Part shown: one piece after another, positions 14,894-24,870 of the stretch
Numbering within the stretch: the first letter of the stretch is position 1
How the letters are laid out: each line of letters starts with the position of its first letter
Assembly (NCBI GenBank): GCA_002372325.1
Contig: DFFT01000009.1
Span: 2,334-66,333 of the forward strand
DNA length: 64,000 nt
Source: Succinivibrionaceae bacterium UBA3769
Lineage (GTDB): Bacteria; Pseudomonadota; Gammaproteobacteria; Enterobacterales; Succinivibrionaceae
Direction of reading: 5' to 3'
Position numbers and translations under genes: made by a program
Notes under the pieces: model-generated
Seen by the model: the letters and a program-made list of their open reading frames with translations, nothing else
Told to the model about the DNA's origin: nothing
Database searches by the model: none

Positions 14894-15099
14894 TACTGTC
14901 CGCCTCCCATGAAATACAGAAATTCCACCTCATCCCCTTCATTAAGCACATGAGAGTCAAAGGTATCAGACTTGATAAACTCGCCGTTTACCGACACGGT
15001 CACATACTGCGGGGTTTCCACATTTTCAATTTTAATGAGTTCTGCCACGGTAGTTCCCGCAGCCACTTCCTTTCTTTTTCCGGCAACAGTTATTATCAT
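14893..15099 (-). CDS. ThiS-family sulfur carrier with masked C-terminus (GGG-Q), HcyS-like
   Basis: 68 aa with a beta-grasp-type pattern, ending GDEVEFLYFMGGGQ. Confidence 0.92.
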   Translation of the reverse strand: MIITVAGKRKEVAAGTTVAELIKIENVETPQYVTVSVNGEFIKSDTFDSHVLNEGDEVEFLYFMGGGQ

Positions 15100-15149
15100 T
15101 TGCGTTTTTCCTTACATACAAATCACTGACATCAAAAGTAACAATAAAG

Positions 15150-16109
15150 CTAAATCACATAGCACCACTCATCCCCGGGCTTTACCTCCTCCTTCCGACG
15201 GCGGCTGTCCTGAGAGCGGTATTCCATTTCAGGATTCTTTACTGTAACCCGGGTATTGGCCGGCACCGAGGAGGTAATGAAGGTATTCCCGCCGATAATG
15301 GAGCTCTCGCCGATTACCGTTTCCCCGCCCAGAATGGATGCGCCGGCATAAATGGTCACATTGTCGCCGATGGTGGGATGCCTCTTTTTTCCCGAAAGCT
15401 TCTGCCCGCCCCGGGTGGAAATAGCTCCCAGGGTAACCCCCTGATAGATCTTCACATTCTGGCCGATTATCGCTGTTTCCCCGATAACAATACCAGTGCC
15501 GTGATCAATAAAAAAGCTTCTCCCGATAACAGCTCCCGGATGAATATCAATACCGGTTTCGGCATGCGCGTACTCCGTCATGAGCCGGGGCAGCACCGGA
15601 ACCCTCAGAAGATAAAGCTCATGAGCCAGGCGGTATACGGTGCTGGCCATAAGTCCGGGATAGGCCAGAATAATCTCCTCCAGGCACCCGGCCGCCGGAT
15701 CCCCGTCATAGGCGGCCAGAAGATCCGTTTCCGCCAGACGGCGTATGGCGGGAAGGCGTCTCATAAATTCCCGGGTAATGCGGTAAGCTTCCCGGGCCCG
15801 CTCCTCCCCGGTCATAACGCCCCGAAGCCGGCAAAAATCCAAAGCCTGCGCCACCTGCTTGTTAAGATGGTAAAAAACGTCCTCCAGAATTACGGCAAAG
15901 CCATGCTCCGGATTGTAAATCTTGAAGGAGCGATCCCTGAAATAGCCGGGATAAACAATGCGGAAAAGGTTATCGATGATTTCCCTTACCTCTGCTTTGT
16001 CCGGCTTATGAAAAAAATCGATATCGTCAATATTCTTGGTGCCGTCGATATCGGCAATGATCCCCTGCACCAGCTTCCGGATCTCATCCACGTTGTATTC
16101 GGTCTTCAT
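15150..16109 (-). CDS. Serine O-acetyltransferase (EpsC/SrpH-type CysE)
   Basis: GDPAA, GIDIHPGA, FIDHGTG, YQGVTLGA and KRHPTIG hexapeptide-repeat motifs; C-terminal Ile. Confidence 0.93.
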   Translation of the reverse strand: MKTEYNVDEIRKLVQGIIADIDGTKNIDDIDFFHKPDKAEVREIIDNLFRIVYPGYFRDRSFKIYNPEHGFAVILEDVFYHLNKQVAQALDFCRLRGVMTGEERAREAYRITREFMRRLPAIRRLAETDLLAAYDGDPAAGCLEEIILAYPGLMASTVYRLAHELYLLRVPVLPRLMTEYAHAETGIDIHPGAVIGRSFFIDHGTGIVIGETAIIGQNVKIYQGVTLGAISTRGGQKLSGKKRHPTIGDNVTIYAGASILGGETVIGESSIIGGNTFITSSVPANTRVTVKNPEMEYRSQDSRRRKEEVKPGDEWCYVI

Positions 16110-16166
16110 GTCATCTTACCTGAAAGCCCCTGAAAACCCCGGACGGCATGCCGTCCGGAGCCTCTG

Positions 16167-17765
16167 TCAGGCGAAAGACCTCAGCGCTCTGACCAGAGCA
16201 TCAATATCCTCCGGAGAGTTATAGATGCCCAGTGTCGGTCTCACCGCGCTCTCATAGCCGAATCTCCTGAGCACCGGCTGGGCGCAGTGATGTCCGGTAC
16301 GCACGGCAATGCCGAAGCTGTCCAGTCTCCGCCCCACCTCGTCATCGGAATAGCCATTAAGCTTGAAGGCCAGAGCAGAAGCCTTGTCCCGGGCCGTGCC
16401 TACCAGAGTAAGTCCCGGCACCGTGCGGAGCTCCTTAAGAGCATACTGCAGGAGATCATGCTCCCAGCGGTGCACGCAGGGCATTCCGATGGACGACAGA
16501 TAGGAAAGCGCGGCTCCCAGCCCTACCGCATCGGCAATGCTGCCGGTGCCGGCCTCAAACTTATTGGGCACGTCATTGTAGAGCGTCCGTTCAAAGGTAA
16601 CATCGGCGATCATGTTGCCGCCTCCGTGATAGGGCTCGGCGCTTCTTAAAAGCTCCTTCTTCCCGTAAACCACCCCGATGCCGGTAGGACCGTAGATCTT
16701 ATGTCCAGAGAACACAAAGAAATCCGCATCCAAAGCCGAGACATTAACCGGGATATGAGCCACGGACTGCGCTCCGTCTATCAGGATTCTCACCCCGTGC
16801 CGATGCGCTCCGGCAATAAGCTCAGCCACCGGAGTAACAGTGCCCAGCACGTTGGATACATGGGTTACTGCCACAAACTTTGTCCGGCTGGTAAAGAGCT
16901 TCTCGTACTCCGACATAATAAGCTGACCGGTTTCATCACAGGGGATAACCCGGAGCACCGCACCGGTTTTCTGAGCGATAAGCTGCCACGGAACAATGTT
17001 GGCGTGATGCTCCAGAATGGAAACAATGATCTCGTCTCCGGGCTTCAAAGTCGGTTTTACATAGGCATTGGCCACCAGGTTTATGGCCTCGGTGGTGCCC
17101 CGCACAAACACAATTTCGCTGGAGGAGCCTGCCCCGATAAAATCCCGTACAATGTCCCGGGCGTTTTCATAAGCATCCGTGGATCTGGCTGCCAGAGTAT
17201 GAGCTCCGCGGTGCACATTGGAGTTCTCATGCTGGTAATAATAGGAGATCCGGTCTATTACCTGCTGCGGTCTCTGAGTGGTAGCGCCGTTATCCAGCCA
17301 TACCAGACTATTTCCGTTTACCTTTTCCCCCAGAATCGGAAAATCGCCGCGGATCTCTGCCAGGGTCTTGCTGCCGATGCGAATGGAGTCATTGCTGCCC
17401 CGGGGCGTGACGACGCTGGGAGCCGCTGTCTGCTCCGGAACCTTCCCTGATGCCGCATCGCTGGCAGACAGCACCACGGGAGCGTAGCCGGGGGCAAGCT
17501 TCTCGGTCTCTGTTCCTGAAGGCGCTGCAGCAAAGGGATGCTCCCAGTCAAAGGACTTTCCTGCAGGGATACCGTACCCGACGGCGGGAACCTCGGGCAC
17601 TGCTGCCGGAGCCTCTGCCGGCGCGGCCGGAACTGTCCCGGAGGGAACCGCCGCCTCCCCGATTAAATCAGGGAAGAGCTGATTCGCCAGGGCCTCCAGC
17701 TCCGCCGCGGCAGGAACTCCGTACAGAGCCTCCGGGGAACCTGCGGCATTAATCGTTGTAGTCAT
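16167..17765 (-). CDS. SufS-type cysteine desulfurase with N-terminal disordered encapsulin cargo-loading domain
   Basis: LDNGATTQ, SGHKIYGPTG (PLP Lys), RTGHHCA (catalytic Cys); ~130-aa Pro/Ala-rich N-terminal extension containing LEALANQLF; ATG overlaps the end of the encapsulin gene. Confidence 0.93.
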   Translation of the reverse strand: MTTTINAAGSPEALYGVPAAAELEALANQLFPDLIGEAAVPSGTVPAAPAEAPAAVPEVPAVGYGIPAGKSFDWEHPFAAAPSGTETEKLAPGYAPVVLSASDAASGKVPEQTAAPSVVTPRGSNDSIRIGSKTLAEIRGDFPILGEKVNGNSLVWLDNGATTQRPQQVIDRISYYYQHENSNVHRGAHTLAARSTDAYENARDIVRDFIGAGSSSEIVFVRGTTEAINLVANAYVKPTLKPGDEIIVSILEHHANIVPWQLIAQKTGAVLRVIPCDETGQLIMSEYEKLFTSRTKFVAVTHVSNVLGTVTPVAELIAGAHRHGVRILIDGAQSVAHIPVNVSALDADFFVFSGHKIYGPTGIGVVYGKKELLRSAEPYHGGGNMIADVTFERTLYNDVPNKFEAGTGSIADAVGLGAALSYLSSIGMPCVHRWEHDLLQYALKELRTVPGLTLVGTARDKASALAFKLNGYSDDEVGRRLDSFGIAVRTGHHCAQPVLRRFGYESAVRPTLGIYNSPEDIDALVRALRSFA

Positions 17766-18708
17766 GGTATTCGCCAACCTCTACATCCTCAAGAACAGCC
17801 AGAGCATCATCAGCAAGAACGGCAGCGGAGCAGTAAAGAGACAGCAGATAGGAAGCAACGCCCTTGTTATCAATGCCGCGGAACCGTACCGAAAGGCCTC
17901 TGGAATGCTCGTTCTTGAGACCGGCCTGGAAGAGACCGATAACGCCTCTCCTGGCCTCGCCGGTTCTGACCAAAAGTATATTGGTCTTGCCGCTCTGAGA
18001 TACCGGATTCTTAAGACCGTCCACCAGAAGCTTGTCTGTGGGGATCAGGGGAATGCCGCGCCAGGTTACAAAGGTGCCGCCGGCCTGATTGATAACCACC
18101 GGAGGAACACCGCGCTTGGTGCATTCTCTTTCAAATGCGGCAATAGCTCTCGGGTGAGCCAGGAAAAACGACGGTTCCTTCCACACCTTGGTAATGAGCT
18201 CATCCAGGTCATCAGGGGTGGGAGCTCCGTTTCTGGTCTGAATTCTCTGAGAATCAGCCACATTCTTAAGGAGGCCGTAGTCATCATTGTTTATAAGCTG
18301 GCTCTCCTGACGCTCTCTCAGCGAATCAACAGCAAGGGAAAGCTGCTCCTGCACCTGATCATAGGGCGAACTGTACACATCCTCAATGGCGGTATTGACA
18401 TTGATAATGGTGGAAATGGAGTTAAGCCGGTACTCCCGAGGCTGAGTCTCATACTCTACATAGCCCTCAGGAATAGTGTCAGACTTCTTGGTCTGGCTGC
18501 ACAGCACATCCAGAGGAGTATCGCCCTCAACTACGCGGTTCACCCGGAAAATCCCGGTTTCCAGCCCCTTGAACTCCAGAAATCTGGTGAGCCACTTGGG
18601 AGTAAGGGAGCCGAACTGCGGTCTGGTCTTGGTAACGTTGGCCAAATTGTAGGCCGCCTGAGCACCCAGGGCATTAATCCCGTTGCTGTTTACATTTTCT
18701 GCTGACAT
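17749..18708 (-). CDS. Family 2A encapsulin shell protein (SrpI / major-membrane-protein-I-like)
   Basis: 319 aa with TPKWLTRFL, GIFRVN, PREYRL, LINNDDYGLL, PTPDDLDEL, FLAHPRAIAAF, TWRGIPL and GLSVRFRGI motifs recalled for SrpI-type shells; directly upstream of a desulfurase with an extended N-terminus. Confidence 0.93.
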   Translation of the reverse strand: MSAENVNSNGINALGAQAAYNLANVTKTRPQFGSLTPKWLTRFLEFKGLETGIFRVNRVVEGDTPLDVLCSQTKKSDTIPEGYVEYETQPREYRLNSISTIINVNTAIEDVYSSPYDQVQEQLSLAVDSLRERQESQLINNDDYGLLKNVADSQRIQTRNGAPTPDDLDELITKVWKEPSFFLAHPRAIAAFERECTKRGVPPVVINQAGGTFVTWRGIPLIPTDKLLVDGLKNPVSQSGKTNILLVRTGEARRGVIGLFQAGLKNEHSRGLSVRFRGIDNKGVASYLLSLYCSAAVLADDALAVLEDVEVGEYHDYND

Positions 18709-18771
18709 TTCATTCTCCTAAAAAAATCAGAAAATTGCTTCTCATAACTCATTCCCTCCAAATCTGCCGGC

Positions 18772-20229
18772 CTAGATCCAGCCGCCTTCATTGGACAGAA
18801 TAATATCCTTCATAGCATCCAGTCCTCCTCTGAGACTGTATGCCGATCCCGCATAGCCGGCCTCCCGCAGGGTCTTCACCGCCAGGATGCTCCGCTTGCC
18901 CTCTTTGCAGATAAACACGGTATCGTGCTCCGGATTAAGCTCGCGCTGTCTCCGGGCCAGCTGACCTATCGGAATGACTATAGCCCCCGAGAAGCGCAGA
19001 ATTGAGCGCTCGTGCGGCTCTCTGACATCAACAATGGTCAGAGGCTCTCCGTTCTCGATGCGCCGGGCCAGATCCTCCGGAGCGATAGTGGCCACCGGCT
19101 CCTCCGCAGGATCCTCTCTGAGGCCGCAGAGCTCTTCATAGTCGTAGTTCTTAGGTTCTCTGATAGCGGGAGCGCTGCCGCAAACCTCACAGTCATCCCG
19201 GTGTCTTACCTCCAGCACCTCAGATCTGAGTCCCATGGTATCCACCCGGAGGAGTTTCCCGGAAAGATGCTCGCCAATGCCTATAATGAGCTTCAGCGCT
19301 TCTGTGGCCTGAATGCTCCCGATAATGCCGGAAAGCGGGCTTATGGTGCCGCCCTCGGCGCAGGTGGGTACCAGCCCCGGCTCCGGCGGCTCCGGAAAGA
19401 GACACCTCAGGCACGGGCCGCCCTGATAGTTAAAAATGCTGACCCAGCCTTCATATTGGTAAACAGCGCCGTATACCAGAGGGATCCCGCAAATGACGCA
19501 GGCATCGTTAAGGATGTAGCGCGCCTGATAGTTGTCGGTGCAGTCAATCACGAGATCAAAACCGTCGATGACTGACAGAACATTGCCGGCGTCAACCTTT
19601 ATATTCTCGGCAATTACCTCTGTTCTGCGGTTAATGGCCCTGACCTTATCACGGGCCGAAGCCGCCTTGGGACGCCGAATATCCCGAAAACCATGGATCA
19701 CCTGACTCTGCAGGTTGGGAACAGCCACCGTGTCGAAATCCACAATCTTGAGAGTGCCCACCCCGGCTGCGGCCAGGTACTGCAGCACCGGCCCGCCCAG
19801 GGCACCGGCTCCGATAACCGCTACTCGGGCAGCCTTTATTTTTTTCTGCCCCTTGACGCCGATCTCCCGGAGCAGAAGATGCCGGCTGAATTGATCTACC
19901 TCAGCATTGTCCAGAGATACCTGTTTTCTCCGAACTTCGGAAATTATCCCCTCCTCCGGAGCGCCGCCGGCAATAAGGGGAAGGAGGAGGAGCGAGCTTC
20001 CTGAAGGCACCGGGGTGTCATGCATGTTCTTGTCTGTCCAGTCGTTTTTCCCGGCAAAAATTCTGATAAAGCTCCGGAGTTCGCCCTTTTCATCCCAAAG
20101 TCCCTGTCTGGCCTCGGGAAAACGATCACTCAGCTCCTTTAAAGCTTCATTTACTGTATTGCCCTGCGCCTCCTCGGTGGTACTTCGACCGAAAAACGAA
20201 CGCAGTGTCGCTGAAATAAAAACCTTCAC
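18772..20229 (-). CDS. Ubl(MoaD/CysO)-MoeB(E1)-rhodanese fusion protein (MoeZ-like)
   Basis: aa 1-89 are MoaD-like and end LPLIAGG; then FSRHL, GAGALG, DCTDN, CLRC/CEVC; C-terminal rhodanese with DVRE and CKEGKRS. Confidence 0.9.
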   Translation of the reverse strand: MKVFISATLRSFFGRSTTEEAQGNTVNEALKELSDRFPEARQGLWDEKGELRSFIRIFAGKNDWTDKNMHDTPVPSGSSLLLLPLIAGGAPEEGIISEVRRKQVSLDNAEVDQFSRHLLLREIGVKGQKKIKAARVAVIGAGALGGPVLQYLAAAGVGTLKIVDFDTVAVPNLQSQVIHGFRDIRRPKAASARDKVRAINRRTEVIAENIKVDAGNVLSVIDGFDLVIDCTDNYQARYILNDACVICGIPLVYGAVYQYEGWVSIFNYQGGPCLRCLFPEPPEPGLVPTCAEGGTISPLSGIIGSIQATEALKLIIGIGEHLSGKLLRVDTMGLRSEVLEVRHRDDCEVCGSAPAIREPKNYDYEELCGLREDPAEEPVATIAPEDLARRIENGEPLTIVDVREPHERSILRFSGAIVIPIGQLARRQRELNPEHDTVFICKEGKRSILAVKTLREAGYAGSAYSLRGGLDAMKDIILSNEGGWI

Positions 20230-20705
20230 AGTCCTGTCTCCTTAAATAATTCCAGCTTCAGTTCAGAAGGCCTGTCTGCTACTGAAGGCTTCATCCATAA
20301 TCTGATATCAGAAATATCCTGTAATTCATGACCATATACGGAAATCACCGCATATACGCATCCGGGCACCATGCCCTCCATGTCCCGTCTGGACAGCGCG
20401 GCAGCTGCTCCGGGATGGGAATGATAAAAACCAATCACTGTAAAGCCCTGGCTGCCGCATTCCCGCTCAAGCTCCAGAAGCTCCCGGGGATCCGTCCGGT
20501 AGCTTCGCTGCCTGCTGTCCCAGGCGCCGGGCTTTCCGGACGCCAGGTTTCTCAGGGGCCGAAAGCCGGCAATAACAACGGAACCATCCTCTCCGGGCAC
20601 TCCCCAAAGCGCCCCGCAGCATTCCTCCGGATAGGCTGTACCGGCATGCTGCGTGATTCCGGCCCAGACGCTGTCCGCCATCAAAGCTCTTACTGCGGCT
20701 GTCAT
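20226..20705 (-). CDS. Second JAB/MPN+ (M67) metallopeptidase, Mec+-like
   Basis: YPEECCG...GFYHSHPGAAAALSRRD JAMM motif; stop overlaps the start of the Ubl-E1 fusion. Confidence 0.88.
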   Translation of the reverse strand: MTAAVRALMADSVWAGITQHAGTAYPEECCGALWGVPGEDGSVVIAGFRPLRNLASGKPGAWDSRQRSYRTDPRELLELERECGSQGFTVIGFYHSHPGAAAALSRRDMEGMVPGCVYAVISVYGHELQDISDIRLWMKPSVADRPSELKLELFKETGL

Positions 20706-20757
20706 TTCTGCTAAGGCCCTTTTTTGTTAATCACTTTTTCTTTAAGCCCTGTTTCTG

Positions 20758-22008
20758 TTAATCCCTTGCGTCTCTGCTGACCGCCACCGCCTGAAGAAAA
20801 TCCTGAATCAGATCCTCCGGATCCTCAATCCCTACGCTGATGCGGATGGTGTCCTCAAAGACTCCGGCCTTTTCCGCCTCGGCTTTACTGGTTCTGACAT
20901 AGAGCGTGGAGGCCGGATGGATAACCAGAGTCCTGAGATCTCCCAGGTTGCTGGCGATCCGGGCATACTTCAGGGAATTTATTACCCTGAAGGCTCTCTC
21001 TTTGCTTCCGGCTCTCAGGGTCAGAATGCCGCCCCCCAGGCCCCCGAGCTCCCGTTCCGCAAATTCATGGTACGGATGATCAGGAAGAGTAAGGTAGTTC
21101 ACCGTAATATCGGGCTCCTCGGCGAGACGCCGGGCCAGAGCATCGGCAGTCCGGCAAATCCTGTCCATTCTGAGACCCAGGGTATCTGCTCCGATATATG
21201 TCAGATAGGCATTCATGGGACTCTGGCAGGTGCCGAGATTGGCAAAAATATCTGCTCTCAGTCTGGCCAGAAAGGCCAGCTTCCCATACTGTCTGAAGCC
21301 GGAAAGCGCCTGATGCTGCTCAAAATTCCAGCTGAAGGAGCCCCCGGACACAATAATGCCGCCCACGGAGTTTCCGCCGCCGTTGATATACTTGGAGGTG
21401 GAATGGATGACCGCATCCGCTCCCAGACTAAGAGGCCTTGCCAGATACGGCGTTGCCGTGGTGGAATCCACAAAAAGCGGAAGCCCCAGTTCATGAGCTG
21501 CTTTTGCCAGGGCCGGAACATCCAGCACCGCCAGAGACGGATTGCTGATAAGCTCCCCGAAAACCAGTCTGGTTTTGTCGGTCGCGAGGCTCCTGACCGC
21601 ATCAGCATCCAGCCTGTCGGCATACACGGTATGAATGCCAAGCTTTTCCAGATCATGAAAGAGATCAATTGTCCCGCCGTACAGTCCGGCCCCGGCAATA
21701 ATCTCATCGCCGCTTTCGCACACTGCCAGGATAGCGGTGACTATAGCCGCCATCCCGCTCCCCGTGGCGACGGCGCCAAAACCGCCCTCCAGCTCATTAA
21801 TCCTGTTTTCAAAAGCGGAAACTGTGGGATTGCCGATTCTGGTATAGGCAAAACCGGGACTCTTATGAGCAAAAACCCTTTCCAGATCCTCCATGCTTTC
21901 ATACTGAAAGGCTGTTACCTGAGAAATCGGAGGGAGTATGGCCCCCTGGGGATAACTCCGGGAGTTTTTTCCATGGAGAAGCAACGTAGTAAAACCGCAA
22001 TCTTTCAT
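20758..22008 (-). CDS. PLP-dependent O-acetylhomoserine/O-acetylserine sulfhydrylase (MetY/MetZ-like)
   Basis: YTRIGNPT, SGMAAI, VDSTTATP, HSTSKY (PLP Lys), SNLGD, IRISVGIED; start uncertain (22008 or 22080). Confidence 0.88.
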   Translation of the reverse strand: MKDCGFTTLLLHGKNSRSYPQGAILPPISQVTAFQYESMEDLERVFAHKSPGFAYTRIGNPTVSAFENRINELEGGFGAVATGSGMAAIVTAILAVCESGDEIIAGAGLYGGTIDLFHDLEKLGIHTVYADRLDADAVRSLATDKTRLVFGELISNPSLAVLDVPALAKAAHELGLPLFVDSTTATPYLARPLSLGADAVIHSTSKYINGGGNSVGGIIVSGGSFSWNFEQHQALSGFRQYGKLAFLARLRADIFANLGTCQSPMNAYLTYIGADTLGLRMDRICRTADALARRLAEEPDITVNYLTLPDHPYHEFAERELGGLGGGILTLRAGSKERAFRVINSLKYARIASNLGDLRTLVIHPASTLYVRTSKAEAEKAGVFEDTIRISVGIEDPEDLIQDFLQAVAVSRDARD

Positions 22009-22108
22009 AAAACCGCACTCACAACTCTCATATCGCCCTTCAGAAGACTCATATTTCCTGCCGGCCGCTCTCTCCGGCATTTTACAGCCCCGATCCCGAC
22101 CTTGCTCA

Positions 22109-22142
22109 AATATAAACATAGTCACCTAGTATGTCAATAGGT
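22109..22142 (-). promoter_or_regulatory. Sigma70 promoter of the sulfur operon with an overlapping palindromic operator
   Basis: Minus strand TTGACA-17 bp-TATATT; ACCTA-N9-TAGGT (22124-22142) straddles the -35. Confidence 0.75.
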
Positions 22143-22297
22143 TTTTAAGATCTGAGAATGCAAGTAATGGAAATCACTGAAATACAGGAGCCCTCTCGGA
22201 CTCCTGCTGAGGCAGGGACTACCGGAAAACCCATGAAATAATAACGATATGATGTGAAAGATGAGAGCAGATACAAGGAAGCTACGGGGGCGAGAAT

Positions 22298-22332
22298 AAA
22301 AAAAACGGACAATCCCCGGGAACCGTCCGTTT
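22298..22332 (-). terminator. Intrinsic terminator after pyrG
   Basis: Minus strand AAACGGACGG...TTGTCCGTTTTTTTT. Confidence 0.75.
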
Positions 22333-22373
22333 CTCAAAAGACTCCGGAAGCGGAGTCTCTCTGTCTGCTGTTA

Positions 22374-24086
<1,713 letters not shown>

Positions 24087-24189
24087 CTATGCTGCCAGGG
24101 AATTTAAAACAGGCTCTATTTTAACAAATGCTCGGGCATTCAACAACCAGGATTCGGATTAAGCCATAAAAACACAACCTGCTATCTGA

Positions 24190-24471
24190 TTAAAGGCAAT
24201 TAATGGCAGAAAGCCGTTCTTTCTTCATATAGTCAACCAGATCCAGATCATTGCTTAACGCATCCGTGGCATAAAGATTCACTTCGGCCCTGCATTTCGC
24301 ATTGCTGCCACACTGCTTGCAGGAATTCTTCACTCCCTCCTGAAGGGTTATATATTTTGTACAGAGAGGAGTTACATCACGGTGCCCTCTGGTGCAGTAG
24401 GCATTGACCCCGGAAAAGCCCAGGAAGAAAAACACTGAAACAGCGGCAATGGTCATGGTTAAATATTTCAT
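24190..24471 (-). CDS. Small exported Cys-rich hypothetical protein
   Basis: Signal-peptide-like N-terminus (MKYLTMTIAAVSVFFFLGFSGVNA) and six Cys; family not recognised. Confidence 0.6.
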   Translation of the reverse strand: MKYLTMTIAAVSVFFFLGFSGVNAYCTRGHRDVTPLCTKYITLQEGVKNSCKQCGSNAKCRAEVNLYATDALSNDLDLVDYMKKERLSAINCL

Positions 24472-24870
24472 ATAAACCACTGATACACAATTAATAAAAA
24501 TATTTTCAGGTTAATTACAAAAACTATTATCGAAAAATGATTACACACTAAAACTACCTGTCCGGACAGCTATCATGAAATCAAGGCAGGCCGAAGAGAG
24601 GGGGCACCTTCTTCAATAGAACAGTCTGCTGACTTGCAGCGCTCATCGCATCCGCGCGGCACCAGCGTAAAATGACATATTCATCACACTTATGATGAAC
24701 GATTGTCGCGTTATCAGGTTACAGCCAGATCAAATACTGCGGAAAAATGACGAAAACCGAACATACTGACGAAAGATAAAACCGGCGGTTTCTGATAAAA
24801 TATGCAGCTTTAAACAAAAATGCCCTGAAAACAGCTTCTCGGCATCAACCTAAAGCGGGAGGATCAGACA

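Noticed and set aside
14081-15099. Thiamine or molybdopterin biosynthesis operon
   Set aside because: No thiG/thiH/thiE or moaA/moaC/moaE in the window, and the carrier has a masked C-terminus with a JAB partner.
17749-18708. Prophage capsid gene (encapsulins have the HK97 fold)
   Set aside because: No terminase, portal, tail or integrase genes; motifs and desulfurase linkage fit a family 2A encapsulin.
13618-20705. E1 + JAB + Ubl genes as a CBASS type II or Bil-type antiphage ubiquitination system
   Set aside because: No E2 or CD-NTase gene; the context of rhodanese, TusA, desulfurase and MetY-like genes points to sulfur transfer.
24575-24860. Riboswitch upstream of gltS
   Set aside because: No convincing glycine, lysine or glutamine aptamer consensus.
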